A DNA stretch of 64,000 nucleotides. Origin: an uncultured Methanosarcinaceae archaeon. Lineage in GTDB: Archaea; Halobacteriota; Methanosarcinia; Methanosarcinales; Methanosarcinaceae. The position numbers were made by a program, and so were the translations under genes. The stretch is from NCBI GenBank assembly GCA_963833425.1, contig CAWHXP010000002.1, forward strand, positions 192,001-256,000. Direction: 5' to 3'. The notes beneath the pieces were generated by a model that saw only the letters and a program-made list of their open reading frames with translations, had not been told where the DNA came from and ran no database searches. How positions within the stretch are numbered: the stretch's first letter is position 1; each line of letters starts with the position of its first letter. Below, one piece after another: positions 11,105 through 22,231 of the stretch.

Positions 11105-11734
11105 ATGAATAAAAAGACTGTTCAAGTTGACGGAATAAGCATCGAACCGGATGATAACGCGAAAACCATTTCTATTCAAGATGCTAGACGTATGTTCATA
11201 GGAGCAAAAGGTTGAGAAAAAGTGACCATTCAGGATATAGCAGATTCAGCCAATGTAAGTATAGGCCTGATTCATAAATATTTTCCAGACGGAGAATTTG
11301 ATATCCTTAAAGGAATCAATCACCAATATACAGACGAACTGTTGATGATAAAGCAGCCAGAAAATGTTGATTTCAATGATTTTCCAGGATACATGAAAAC
11401 TATCATCAAAAATCTGCAACAACTCAATAAAAACAATAGCTCTTTGGTAAAGGCATTGACAATTGCTACACCTACTGATGGTGAAATTCTAGATGAAATC
11501 AAAAAGATGGACTTTAAAGACTACAAAGCGGCAGCTGATTTTTTTGCCCGTTTCAATAACGTTAAAATAGGGAGTAAGGATCCTTTAGAACTCCTGATGC
11601 ACTGGGGAATTATGGTAAAAGTCACTATTCTCCTTAACATGATATATCCAGTGCCTTTAACGAATGAAGAAGCTTTGACTGATTTAATGGTCGATTTATC
11701 GTTGACTATATGGGGCTACCAGAAAACACCATAA
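11105..11734 (+). pseudogene. TetR/AcrR-family regulator with in-frame TGA at 11213-11215
   Basis: MNKK...ARRMFIGAKG*EKVTIQDIADSANVSIGLIHKYF reads in one frame; the stop lies in the KG-x-E-x-x-T-I lead-in to the HTH. Confidence 0.75.
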
Positions 11735-12659
11735 TCTTTTCCCAGTCAGAGCCACCTTGAAAGCTATCGATTTCAAAATTTAGGCTTTACATAAATCCGG
11801 ATGTCAAAAAAGTCATGTGTACATACCTATTTACTTATTTTATCAAGTATCTATTCCTTTATTTTCAGTTTCTTGATCTAGATTCAGACATTAATCACGA
11901 AAAATAACTCCAAAAATGCAAGTGGGTAATATTTAAGCGAAATTAAAATTGACCTGGGACATTTTTTAGTTCAAATTCTAAATCTATAATAAATTGGAGA
12001 GGAAAGTACTGCTGATGCTGCACACATCAACAGTATCTAATTTACTGTATGAGGATTTGTTCGTCTGTTCGACGAAACAATATTTGTTTTAGTACATTAT
12101 AAGCTTTTTACATAAGTATTCCGTCTTTCAAATATGATCTTTCTATTGGATAGAAACGCAGCTATTCGGGTACTTTATATGTTTTACATAATAGTTAATT
12201 TTTGCAACGCTCAGACCCGTACCCTATGTTCCATCACAATGCAAATAAGCGGTCTTTGGATGTCCTTTTACTAGATATACTATTTTTATTGTAATTTCTC
12301 CCCCCTTTTGCCACATCCACAGTTTGTTGGTTTATTGAATTATCGTCTGTATCCGAATCTGGAACTCTTAGAGCTTCTGGGATTCCTAGAACATTAGAGT
12401 TTATGGAAAACTTGGAACTAATTAAACTAAACCACAAGCATAAATAGAAAATTTCAGTAAAAAAATAATATTAGAGTACTCTAAACAAAACTAAAGTACA
12501 AATGGTGTTGAAGACATCAAGCTTTTTTGATTCCCTTTGAATAGTTCTTTTAATATCCAATCTATACGAAAAAGCTGGCATCTAAAATACCACAAAATAT
12601 AATTTGTTTAAAAGAAAATAAGTCTCGAAAAACAATACAATTAATCATTAAGAAAGGAG

Positions 12660-12899
12660 ATGCGTTTTATGAGCAGATTTAGAAAGGTATTGACTATCTC
12701 ACTGGCAGTCTTATTTTTAGTATCATTGACGATAGCAGCATCGGGGGCTGAACCATCTCACGAGCACAAACATTTGGATCGTGTCCATTTGGGTGACAAC
12801 TATCATAATGACCATGACGATCATAACAACCATCACCATGATAATAATGACTGTTGGGCGTGGAGTCCTACCAAAGAACAATGGGTATATATCTGTTAA
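12660..12899 (+). CDS. Small secreted His-rich peptide (intact family member)
   Basis: AGGAG RBS; signal peptide RFRKVLTISLAVLFLVSLTIAASGA; His/Asp/Asn-rich core; C-terminal CWAWSPTKEQWVYIC. Start may be the second Met. Confidence 0.75.
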   Translation: MRFMSRFRKVLTISLAVLFLVSLTIAASGAEPSHEHKHLDRVHLGDNYHNDHDDHNNHHHDNNDCWAWSPTKEQWVYIC

Positions 12900-12964
12900 T
12901 AGTAATGATGATAAAAACTGCATAAATTAAATAGATGTAACTAAAATATCGATACAGGTTTTAC

Positions 12965-13146
12965 GGTTCCGTTGCAAAAATGATATTTCTACATTTGGCT
13001 CCGTTGCAAAAAATCTGACTCTCTTGCAAAATCAGAAAAAATCTTCACAATTCGGAAAGTTAAATATTTCAATCCGAGCGAAAATGATACATAAAGGTAA
13101 AATTTATAGTGCCAAAATGCAGAAATATTATTTTTGCAACGGAAAC
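12965..13146. mobile_element. Non-coding element built from IS6-type ends (MITE-like, nested ends)
   Basis: GGTTCCGTTGCAAAAA (12965), GGCTCCGTTGCAAAAA (12997) and TTTTTGCAACGGAAAC (13131-13146) match the IS6 IR; a further lone IR at 13712-13727. Confidence 0.8.
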
Positions 13147-13786
13147 AAAAAGAGTATATAGAAGGGCCGGAGTGATTAAACCCTTCCTAAAATTTATTAT
13201 TTTGTGTTCTGCAGTGGAAATTTTCTATTTACCTTTAAAGGCATATATATCGAATATATTCTAAAAAAGTGGATTTGATATTACGCCAATTTGAAAGGGA
13301 ATATATTGAAGGGAAAATGAGGAAACCCTTCTAAGACATGTGGTATTTTGTTTGAGAAACCTGAAACTATCCATCGGCTTGCACTTATAGATAAGGAGTT
13401 TCACCACCACAGGAATTCCACTACCAAAGGTTCAATGAATAAATTTCAGATCTACTTATTTTTCTAGATCTTTTGGATAGACATATGTATGTACAACAAA
13501 CTCATATTCATTATTTTTCTTTTTTTTTCATATTTCATAATACCAAACTTAAAAAAAATATTACTTACCAGATTTACATCAAAAATAGTAATGAAGATTT
13601 TACATTGAGAATTACATAGTTTTTCAAATAAAATTTCTTGATTTTCTAAGTCACAAAACCAGCAGTTTACCATGCTACCTTGTATCCGAAAACGGTATTC
13701 TAACATTCTCAGGTTCCGTTGCAAAAATATATAGGATAAAATTGATAATAAGTCAAATTGATGCATAGGTTTTATAGCAAAATCTA

Positions 13787-13829
13787 TGCATTTTCTCAAC
13801 CTCACGGAGAAGATTTCTGCACTGAATTC
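13787..13829. repeat. Dispersed repeat of about 44 bp, second copy at 17255-17298 (probable IS-end remnant)
   Basis: TGCATTTTCTCAACCTCACGGAGAAGATTTCTGCACTGAATTC vs TGCATTTTCTCAACCGCACGGAGGATAATTCTGGCACTTAATTC. Confidence 0.65.
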
Positions 13830-13928
13830 CAAAGATTAATCGAACATTAGTTTTAAATACTGAATACAAAGTATAATTATAAAACTAATTCCATAAGTAA
13901 TGACTTAAATACATGATCATGAGGCCAC

Positions 13929-14261
13929 ATGACAGTCAATATCTCCATTAATTCAAACGACAAAAAAACGAAAGATATAGCACATTTCTCAAAAATTATA
14001 TGGCAGCATCTTCTGAAACTTACACAAAAATAAAATATAAGTTATCTGGGTATTTTTATTTCTGACATTCACGGGGAATAAAAAGAGGATAGTGACCTCA
14101 TTATTCCTGTAGGATCCTCCAAAGAACCTGACATCTTAGAATCCATTGAGCTCAAGCAGGAGCTATCAGAAATAATTGGCATAGAAATGGATCTTGTTAT
14201 GAAAAGTACTTTAAAATCGATGACTAGGTAAGGGATTCTTGAAAAGGTTGTACAGATATGA
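13929..14261 (+). pseudogene. Minimal nucleotidyltransferase (MNT) antitoxin pseudogene
   Basis: Single frame with 3 internal TAA: YLGIFISDIHGE*KEDSDLIIPV...ELSEIIGIEMDLV, resembling the GSxxRGE..DSDLD MNT motif (degenerate); ATGA overlap with the next gene. Confidence 0.75.
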
Positions 14262-14610
14262 TTGAGTGTGATGTAGGAAATTATTTGCAGGATATCCTTG
14301 AGACGATTGAAAGTTGTGAACGTTTTATTAAAGGAATGGATTTTGACTAATTTATTTCCGATGAAAAAACAATTTTTGCCGTAAATCATGCACTTGAAAT
14401 CATTGGAGAAGCAACAAAACATATTCCTGAAGAGGTGAGAAAGGAATACCCAATCGTTCCTTGGAGAAAAATGGCTGGAATTAGGAATGTTATAGTTCAC
14501 GCTTACTTTGGTATAAATTTGAATGTTGTTTGAAATACTGCGAATATAAGATTTCCTGAACTGAAAAGGACATTAAAAAAAATAGTGAAAGAAAAAAAGA
14601 GCAATGAAAT
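14258..14610 (+). pseudogene. HepT/DUF86 HEPN ribonuclease toxin pseudogene (end approximate)
   Basis: YLQDILE...LEIIGEATKHIP...VPWRKMAGIRNVIVHAYFGIN with Rx4H motif at 14483-14500; stops at 14348 (TAA) and 14531 (TGA). Confidence 0.85.
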
Positions 14611-14698
14611 TAATATATATGGAAATTTTGGTGAGGTAGAGACTACCACACTTGTACCGAAAATATCTTTTTAATATTTGGCTTATACATCAAAAATT

Positions 14699-14965
14699 TT
14701 ACAAACGGCCCATCTTGATATATAGCTTTGCCAATTGGTCTGGATCGCCAATAAATACAATTTCGCTTTTGGGACCACCACGACCACGGCTAGATTTGTT
14801 TGCGTTTATTATGCCCATCAGTTTAAATTTAGACACTTTTTGAGATATGTGGGCTAATGATAGTGGTTTTTCTTCTCCAAATTGGCACATATCGATATAA
14901 ATCCGATATATATCACCAGTAACAATGAATTTTCCTTTTTTGAGATATTTTTCGGTATTCAACAT
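14699..14965 (-). pseudogene. Cdc6/Orc1 C-terminal winged-helix fragment lacking the AAA+ domain
   Basis: TGDIYRIY..MC....KPLS...ISQKVSKFKLMGII..KSSRGRGG matches the Cdc6 WH pattern TGEVY..Y...C....PL...LGII....GRxG. Confidence 0.6.
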
Positions 14966-15441
14966 GCCTTAAAATTTATATCGAAAAGTGTGAAGATTTG
15001 AACCGATCAAAATTGTGAAAATTAAAAAGCAATTGACAATTTTTCTGATAGCATAATAAATAAAGAGAGAAAATCAAGTTTATGGAACGGATTATATGTC
15101 AATGATGTGCATAATTAAGGTGGGAATGAATTTTAATATGAATAGTACTTACATAGTTTAAGGATGAAAAAAGTACATCTGGCTTCTCAATAATCATTTA
15201 AATTTAGACGATTAAGTGCTTAATGTTGTCATTTTTTTCAATTCAATTGTGTAAGCTTTAATAAAAATAGGCATTCAAATAAAGATCGCATTTCGCTACT
15301 CTAAATAATTGGTACTATATTTTCAAATATGCGGTTAATGTTGCATAATTTATTAAAGTAACTCTGAATTTCAATCCCTCAAACAATCAATCTAAACTAA
15401 TAAAGGGAAATCATAAAATATAAATTTTAATTGGTGATTTT

Positions 15442-16698
15442 ATGGTCCAACTTGACTATGATCTAAATGATGAAGAGAAACTTCTTTTAAAGAAAGTCTT
15501 TGATGGTGATATAGCTTTTCGCAAGATTGAAGAATTTACAGATCCACTAACAGCGGTAAAACTTCGAAGGCTCGCGATACAGAAGTTTACAAAACTCGAA
15601 TTCGAGCATATCCAGAATTTTTCCCTTGATGTGGAGACTGCAAAGATGAAGAATATTGAAAATATGATAGGTGCAGTACAAGTTCCTCTTGGAGTTGCTG
15701 GGCTTTTAAAAATCAACGGAGAATATGCAAACTCTGAATATTATATTCCTCTTGCCACAACTGAAGGGGGCCTTGTTGCCAGTGTAAATCGGGGTTGTTC
15801 GGTTATCACAAAGTCAGGGGGAGCAAATGTAAGGATTTTTGAAGACGAGATGACTAGAGCTCCTGTTTTTAAGCTTGATAGTATCGAAAGGACTAAAAAA
15901 TTTTATGAGTGGGTAAAGCGTCCTGAAATTTTTGACCAAATGAAAATAATTGCTGAAAAAACGACTCGTTTTGGAAAGCTAATTTCTGTAAAGCCCTTCG
16001 TGACTGGTACTTATGTGTACCTTAGATTCTCATACGATACAAAAGATGCCATGGGTATGAACATGGTGACTATAGCTACTGATGCAGTACTACACCTGAT
16101 AGAAGACGAATTTGGAGCGCAAGCTATTACCCTTTCAGGAAACATGTGTACAGATAAAAAACCGGCTTCTATAAGCACAATTCTTGGAAGAGGAAAGACT
16201 GTTGTAGCTGACGTTACTATTCCAAAAGAAATCGTCAAGGAAACTTTGAAATGCACACCAGATGCCATGTTTGAGGTAAATTACAGTAAAAATCTTTTAG
16301 GCTCTGCGAGAGCAGGATCACTTGGCTTCAATGCCCATGCTGCGAATATTATAGCTGCCATTTATATAGCATGTGGACAGGACGCAGCTCATGTTGTTGA
16401 GGGCAGCACTGCGATTACGAGCATGGAACTAACTGGGTATGAAGAAATTCACTGCTCTGTTACCTTGCCTACTCTACCTGTAGGAACCGTAGGAGGAGGT
16501 ACTGGTCTTGGAACTCAGAGAGATTGCCTTAATATTCTTGATGTTTCAGGTGAAAGTAACATTCCTGGGGCGAATTCTCGAAAATTTGCAGAGATAGTAG
16601 CTTCTGCTGTGCTTGCAGGAGAAATTTCCCTCATAGGAGCCCAAGCTGCCGGACATTTGGCCCGAGCTCATGCCCAACTGGGTCGTGGAAAGTTCTAA
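15442..16698 (+). CDS. hmgA: HMG-CoA reductase, class I (NADPH)
   Basis: ENMIG, PLATTEG, DAMGMNM, GNMCTDKK, GTVGGGT, HLARAH. Confidence 0.97.
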   Translation: MVQLDYDLNDEEKLLLKKVFDGDIAFRKIEEFTDPLTAVKLRRLAIQKFTKLEFEHIQNFSLDVETAKMKNIENMIGAVQVPLGVAGLLKINGEYANSEYYIPLATTEGGLVASVNRGCSVITKSGGANVRIFEDEMTRAPVFKLDSIERTKKFYEWVKRPEIFDQMKIIAEKTTRFGKLISVKPFVTGTYVYLRFSYDTKDAMGMNMVTIATDAVLHLIEDEFGAQAITLSGNMCTDKKPASISTILGRGKTVVADVTIPKEIVKETLKCTPDAMFEVNYSKNLLGSARAGSLGFNAHAANIIAAIYIACGQDAAHVVEGSTAITSMELTGYEEIHCSVTLPTLPVGTVGGGTGLGTQRDCLNILDVSGESNIPGANSRKFAEIVASAVLAGEISLIGAQAAGHLARAHAQLGRGKF

Positions 16699-17616
16699 AA
16701 CGATGGATTGATGCTTTAAATTATTAACTGATAAAAAAGAAACAAATATTGTTAATAGACGAGGTTTAATTAAAATCGGCCAACTTAAATTTGCTATTGA
16801 ATCTTATTAAAGGTGGCTACAAATATTCTTTTCCACGGCTGAATGGTTACCTTATATTAAGAATTATATTTTAAAAAATAAAATCCTTATCTACTTTAAA
16901 TTAGGAAACAAGGATATTATAAGCCGTAAATCTGATAAAACGCTGAATGGGTTTTTATCCAATGCATGATTTTAATAGGTAATACTATATAGAAGAAGAA
17001 ATATTTAAGAATTTATTATTTTCTGTCTATGTGTCTGTAGTATCCGATCACTCCCAAGATTCCTGGAATATACAAGTTTCTACCGATTTTACGCCGGTAT
17101 ATATGAAAATATAGTGAAAATATAGACTAAAGGCAGTCAATTTTATTGGCATCGATTTTCAAATAAGGAATCTCAGTAAAAATGGTTTTATAAAAATGTA
17201 AATATGAGTATTTCAAGTTAGGTAAAATGATCTTATAATTTACTGTTAGACCTGTGCATTTTCTCAACCGCACGGAGGATAATTCTGGCACTTAATTCTT
17301 TTCCTGAATCAGAAAATTGGTTGAAGAATGTGGTTATAATGCTATATATTGGAGTCTCTTTAGAAGAAAATACTGAAAAAAGATATGAAGTGTTATAGGG
17401 TAAGAAGGGGTGTTGTAGAAAGGACACATTCGTGGATGAATCGATTCAAAAGACTGCTTATAATATGGAAAAATAAAATTGACAATTACTCGATTATGTT
17501 CCATTTAGCATGTGTATGGATAACCTTTAGTGAAGCGGGACTTTTAGGATAGGCTCTTAACAAATTTGGATGAAAATTTTGTTGTTCATTCAAAATTGGA
17601 GAAGAAATAATATAAA

Positions 17617-18480
17617 TTAGAAAGATTCTTTAATAATATCGTTTCTAGCAGTGAGGTAAGACTGCTCTGCAATTTCCATACTACCCTTAAGATCAGTAAT
17701 TTTCATATCAAATTTACTGGCAAATTCCTTAACGTTTTCATCAAATTCAGGATTATTCGCAAATCCGGTATCTATTTTTGCAGTCATGCAATAAAGAGAG
17801 TTTTTCAGATACTTATTGTTAAAATCCCTCCCTTGAGCTTTATTTTCCAGCCGCTTCCAGCTTGAAGCCCACATTGGAGTCAGATAAATTGTTCCTATAC
17901 CTCTGAATTCGAGCATGCATCTGGCATAAGCCTCATTTCCTCCGAGAGCTAAACTGATGCAGTCTTCTATCATCTCTCCGTTTTCATCCTTCAGAAAAGA
18001 AAGCGAACATCCAAGATCTGCAAAGTCTTCTTTCAGTTTCCCTAATGTATGCCCACAACTACCATAGAATATTAATATATTATCCGAAAAGTGAGCCATT
18101 TCTCTCACATTTTCGTACACTTTTGCCTTCAATTGCTCAAGATCAGAGTGTAGGTCTTGTCTTAATAGGTTTACTACAACAGTTACCGTTTTCTTTTTTA
18201 TTAGTTCTCTCTTGTTGTGAATTTTATTGAAAATAGGTGGTAAAGAAAAAAATTTTAAACTTTTTCTTGATTTTAGGTTGTCTGTATCTTCGAGAAGCAT
18301 TTGGACTCTATCCAGGAAGACTTTTCTGGGAGTACAGTTTTTCGACTTAAGCTTTCGAAGGAATTCTAAATTGCCCCGGTTTTCCACAACTATTAGCTGC
18401 TTAAGTTCAGAATCTTTCGATAATACGTGTACTAACTCATCTTCAAGCATTCCACAGGCAATAATACTCATTACAGGCAT
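17617..18480 (-). CDS. DUF1638-like conserved methanogen protein
   Basis: MPVMSIIACGMLEDE start with AGGAG RBS; LH...L, FYGSCG, DCISLALGG, YLTPMW motifs. Confidence 0.7.
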   Translation of the reverse strand: MPVMSIIACGMLEDELVHVLSKDSELKQLIVVENRGNLEFLRKLKSKNCTPRKVFLDRVQMLLEDTDNLKSRKSLKFFSLPPIFNKIHNKRELIKKKTVTVVVNLLRQDLHSDLEQLKAKVYENVREMAHFSDNILIFYGSCGHTLGKLKEDFADLGCSLSFLKDENGEMIEDCISLALGGNEAYARCMLEFRGIGTIYLTPMWASSWKRLENKAQGRDFNNKYLKNSLYCMTAKIDTGFANNPEFDENVKEFASKFDMKITDLKGSMEIAEQSYLTARNDIIKESF

Positions 18481-18554
18481 ATTCTCGAATTTTCTCCTGA
18501 AGTGTTTATTAGGTCTCATCAACGGTTGGTCCAAGTCTAAAGAGTATCAGATTA

Positions 18555-18571
18555 GAGCCTATCCAAAAAGT
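18555..18571. repeat. IS5 (IS1031-like) terminal repeat remnant; related ends at 17540-17556 (inverted), 45492, 45544, 58451 and 58561-58577
   Basis: TTA|GAGCCTATCCAAAAAGT; TTA|GAGCCTATCCGAAAAGT at 45544; ACTTTTAGGATAGGCTC|TTA at 17540. Subgroup assignment is from memory of GAG ends and TNA targets. Confidence 0.6.
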
Positions 18572-19160
18572 CAATGATACATTTATGAAATAACAAAATG
18601 TCAGTGTATTAAAAGTTCTATAAAATATGATTGGCTATTTATCCTTTTCTTTCAATGCAAAAAGTTGGATGCTGAGCTAATAGTTTTACTGACCCAGCTT
18701 TTATTTCAATTGATTTTACTAACGGCTAGGTTTTGAAGTAAAACATATATAATCTCGACGTCAAAGTTTCGCCCCTATCTCTGTACTATTAATAAAATCT
18801 CAATACAATCTCAAATTTGTAAGTATAGGGATACCCATACCCTTTTGATTTTAGACAAGCTTATTCTTTTTAATACTTTTTTGCATTTACTGTGCATGTA
18901 ATTGGTCAAATAAGGTATAATTTATATCTGTAGTGGAAAGATCGAGTTATCAAAAATCTAGGCAAAAATTTGACCATTCACTATTTTGTGTTGTTTAAGA
19001 ATGATTCCCGAATTTAAAAGTGGCTCTATAAAATTGATGCTGAAAGCTGTCGAATTGTCATTTATATCTCTTAGATATACTAAATTAAATGTATGCTAAT
19101 GTTTTATATTTGATCAATAAATTACAGCTTTAGCTATATGATTTATGAGGTGATTACCAA

Positions 19161-19320
19161 ATGGAATTTAAAAAGACCATGACTATTTTGTTAGTTGTTT
19201 TCGTTATATCTTCATTGGTAGCTTAGCAGTAAGTTCAAGCCTAAGGTGGCTGTAAAAGTAGATCAGTAATAGTTGTAGGTTGAAGATACTGCCGATACCG
19301 ACGGTAGTGGTGGATTAAAC
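19161..19320 (+). pseudogene. Degenerate member of the small secreted peptide family
   Basis: GAGGTGA RBS; MEFKKTMTILLVVFVISSLVA then a frameshift into LAVSS; downstream stops. Confidence 0.5.
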
Positions 19321-19689
19321 TGTATTTCCACCCTATTTTAAAAATTAGAATTGCTGCAATTTTTCTTTTCAAGGTGATATGCTTATTATTTATTCTATTA
19401 CCTTTGTCTCTTCTTCTGCAAGAGTGCCCTTTTTTCTACAAAGGTCAAAATTTCATTCTTCAGTGATTAAGCTGTTTGTGAGCTTCTCCATAACAAATCC
19501 CACATTTTACCATGTCATTTTACCTCCGTTTTTCAATTTTAGATGCACCAACCCATATTATTCGGCGAGTCATTTATTTACACTTAATAGGAATCAAAAT
19601 ATATTAAATGTATTCAGGTATCTTTAAAAATATACATCGGAACGATCTGGAAATTTATGGTAAAAATTTAGGAATAAAGCAAATATGTA

Positions 19690-20530
19690 TAAGCGTGTGA
19701 ACAGGTTAGCAAGGAGAAGGGCGACAATTCTAAAAATCCTGAAAAATCTGAAAATCTGGGACTGGCAGAGATAAAGGCTATATGGGAAAATTTTTCAGAA
19801 ATGCATAGTGGTATTAAAACAATGGTGAAATATTCTAACAGGCTGCGTTTCGAAAATGCTCCTAAAAGTTCAGGGCAGGAATATTCGAGTGCTCTTCAAA
19901 ATCACCTTTTTGAAGATTTAGAGACTGGACTGAATGGAACATGGTGGAAAAATGGCATGAAAATAAAATTACACTTCTGCTTTTATAGCTCTTGTACAAG
20001 ATAATGCAGAGTTTGTTAACAAAAACAAAGTAAATACACCCTTATTTCGGACAACAGAAAAAACTGGATGAACTGGAATGCGGAACCCCTGATAGGAAAT
20101 GCGAGAAGTGCTTTTCCGAAATTTCGAGTCTCTTCATAAAACACATCAACTTCATGCGTTATTGGAGATTTATGAAAATAATTCAGGACAAAAGCCTGAT
20201 ATTTAGCTCTCAAAACAAGTGTCTTTATGAACGAAATCCATGAGTTGGCCTCAATAACCAGCGTCTGGAAATTCTAGAAGCTGTCACCTTCGAACCAAAA
20301 AGTTTTTTTGTCTTTCACAAACTTACTGTTCTTATAGGAGGAAACTTACTCTTTCATCTCCAAAACTAATTGACTACGAACTAATTCTGCAGCAGCACGA
20401 AAGATGAGATTATATGACCACTAAAAAGGTTCAAAATTCTGCAGGGTTTGAACGAAATATATTTTTCACTCCAATATTTCCCACAACAGAGCTCCACAGA
20501 AAATACATTCAGAAGGAGAAGAAAGCCAGA
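19690..20530 (+). pseudogene. ArsR-like winged-helix regulator pseudogene (limits approximate)
   Basis: Broken frames give ELECGTPDRKCEKCFSEISSL and NQRLEILEAV.FEPKSF...GGNLLFHLQ/KLID.ELILQQHER*DYMTT/FKILQGL. Confidence 0.6.
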
Positions 20531-20808
20531 TTTGACTTTTTGATTATGTTCCACATTTTATCCTAATAATTATTTGTGCTCTTGATTCATAAGGTTCTGA
20601 AAGATCTTGATCTTGCAGGGATATCCTTATCCTGGAACCTAGAAAAAAACTAGCTAAATGAGCGAAAAAGGATTCATGTTACCAGAAACGGAACTCTGGT
20701 ATGCAAATCTGCTGTTTCAACAAATACATTAATAATGAGTTATGACTATTCACTTACGCTCAGCTTCACTTTTACATCCCATTTAATTTTCCTTATCAAG
20801 GTGAATTT

Positions 20809-22143
20809 ATGTCTTTAGCAAATCTTAGAACACATTACACAGCCGATATCAAACCCGACAAAATAGTAGCTGGCCAGAAAATAACCCTTGCAGGCTGGGT
20901 CCATGAGATCAGAGATCTAGGTGGAATCTGTTTTATAGTGATCCGTGACCGTGAGGGGAAGGCTCAGGTTACAATGGTAAAGAAAAAAATTGATAAAGAT
21001 TTATTTGATGCTGCAAGGAAACTTGTCCGCGAATCAGTAATCACAGTAATCGGATCTGTCAAGTTTGAAGAAAAAGCTCCAAATGGATACGAACTGCTTC
21101 CTGATGAGATTCGTGTCCTAAATATTGCAGGATCTCCATTACCAATGGATACAACTGGAAAAGTTGAAGCTGAATTGGACACAAGACTTGACTCCCGCTT
21201 TATAGATTTACGACGAGAAGAGACAACTGCGGTTTTCAAGATAAGACACCAGGTTCTTCAAGCTACCAGGGAATACTTCATAAAACACAAATTTATCGAA
21301 ACCTCAACTCCAAAGGTTGTGGCAACTGCAACAGAAGGTGGAACTGCACTTTTTCCGATCACTTATTTTGACAGAGAAGCTTTTCTGAACCAGAGCCCTC
21401 AGCTTTTCAAGCAAATACTCATGAGCGGTGGTTTTGACAGGGTCTTTGAGATCGGCCCGATTTTCAGGGCAGAGGAACACGATACTCGCAGGCATTTGAA
21501 CGAAGCCACCTCTATAGACGTTGAAGTTAGCTTTGCAGACCATTTCGATGTAATGGAAATTCTGGAAAACCTAGTGGCTTATATCTACAGCCGAGTTATC
21601 AAAAACTGTCAATATTCTCTTAAAGTCCTAGGAATCGAACTAAAGGTTCCGACGATACCTTTCCCGAAGCTTACCTACGATGAAGTAATCAGCATCATTA
21701 ACGCCCAGTCGGAAGAAAAAATGCACTGGAAAGATGATATCGGAACTCTAGGAGAGCATATTGTGGGCGATTATGTCTACGAGACTACAGGCGAGTCCCA
21801 CTATTTTATCATTGATTGGCCTACAGAGATTAAACCATTCTATGCCATGCCTTATGAGGACAAGCCTGAGCTAAGTAAATCATTTGATATGATGCATCGC
21901 ACAATGGAACTTTCCTCAGGAGCTCAACGTGTTCATATCCCAGATTTGCTTAAGAGCCGAATCGAATCTCAGGGCATGAATTCTGACAACTTTGAGTTTT
22001 ATCTTAAGGCTTTTGAATATGGTATGCCCCCTCATGCTGGTTGGGGTCTGGGTTGTGAACGATTTGTCATGACAATGCTCGGAACAGACAACATAAGGGA
22101 TACGGTGCTCTTTCCTAGAGACAGGAGAAGACTTTCTCCCTGA
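20809..22143 (+). CDS. aspS: Aspartyl-tRNA synthetase, archaeal type, probably non-discriminating (Asp/Asn)
   Basis: [51 protein letters not shown]. Confidence 0.97.
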   Translation: MSLANLRTHYTADIKPDKIVAGQKITLAGWVHEIRDLGGICFIVIRDREGKAQVTMVKKKIDKDLFDAARKLVRESVITVIGSVKFEEKAPNGYELLPDEIRVLNIAGSPLPMDTTGKVEAELDTRLDSRFIDLRREETTAVFKIRHQVLQATREYFIKHKFIETSTPKVVATATEGGTALFPITYFDREAFLNQSPQLFKQILMSGGFDRVFEIGPIFRAEEHDTRRHLNEATSIDVEVSFADHFDVMEILENLVAYIYSRVIKNCQYSLKVLGIELKVPTIPFPKLTYDEVISIINAQSEEKMHWKDDIGTLGEHIVGDYVYETTGESHYFIIDWPTEIKPFYAMPYEDKPELSKSFDMMHRTMELSSGAQRVHIPDLLKSRIESQGMNSDNFEFYLKAFEYGMPPHAGWGLGCERFVMTMLGTDNIRDTVLFPRDRRRLSP

Positions 22144-22231
22144 GGTTCTTAATTTTGAATTTTGAACAATTTTTCGATCTTAAGAATATTTATAATTATT
22201 TTTTCAATATTCTTACCTAAAGGAAATACAT

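Noticed and set aside
14069..14500. 143-aa minus-strand ORF
   Set aside because: Antisense shadow of the MNT-HepT pseudogenes on the plus strand
17540..18571. Composite transposon carrying the DUF1638-like gene
   Set aside because: The two IS ends are oriented as a right end then a left end, so they belong to separate flanking relics
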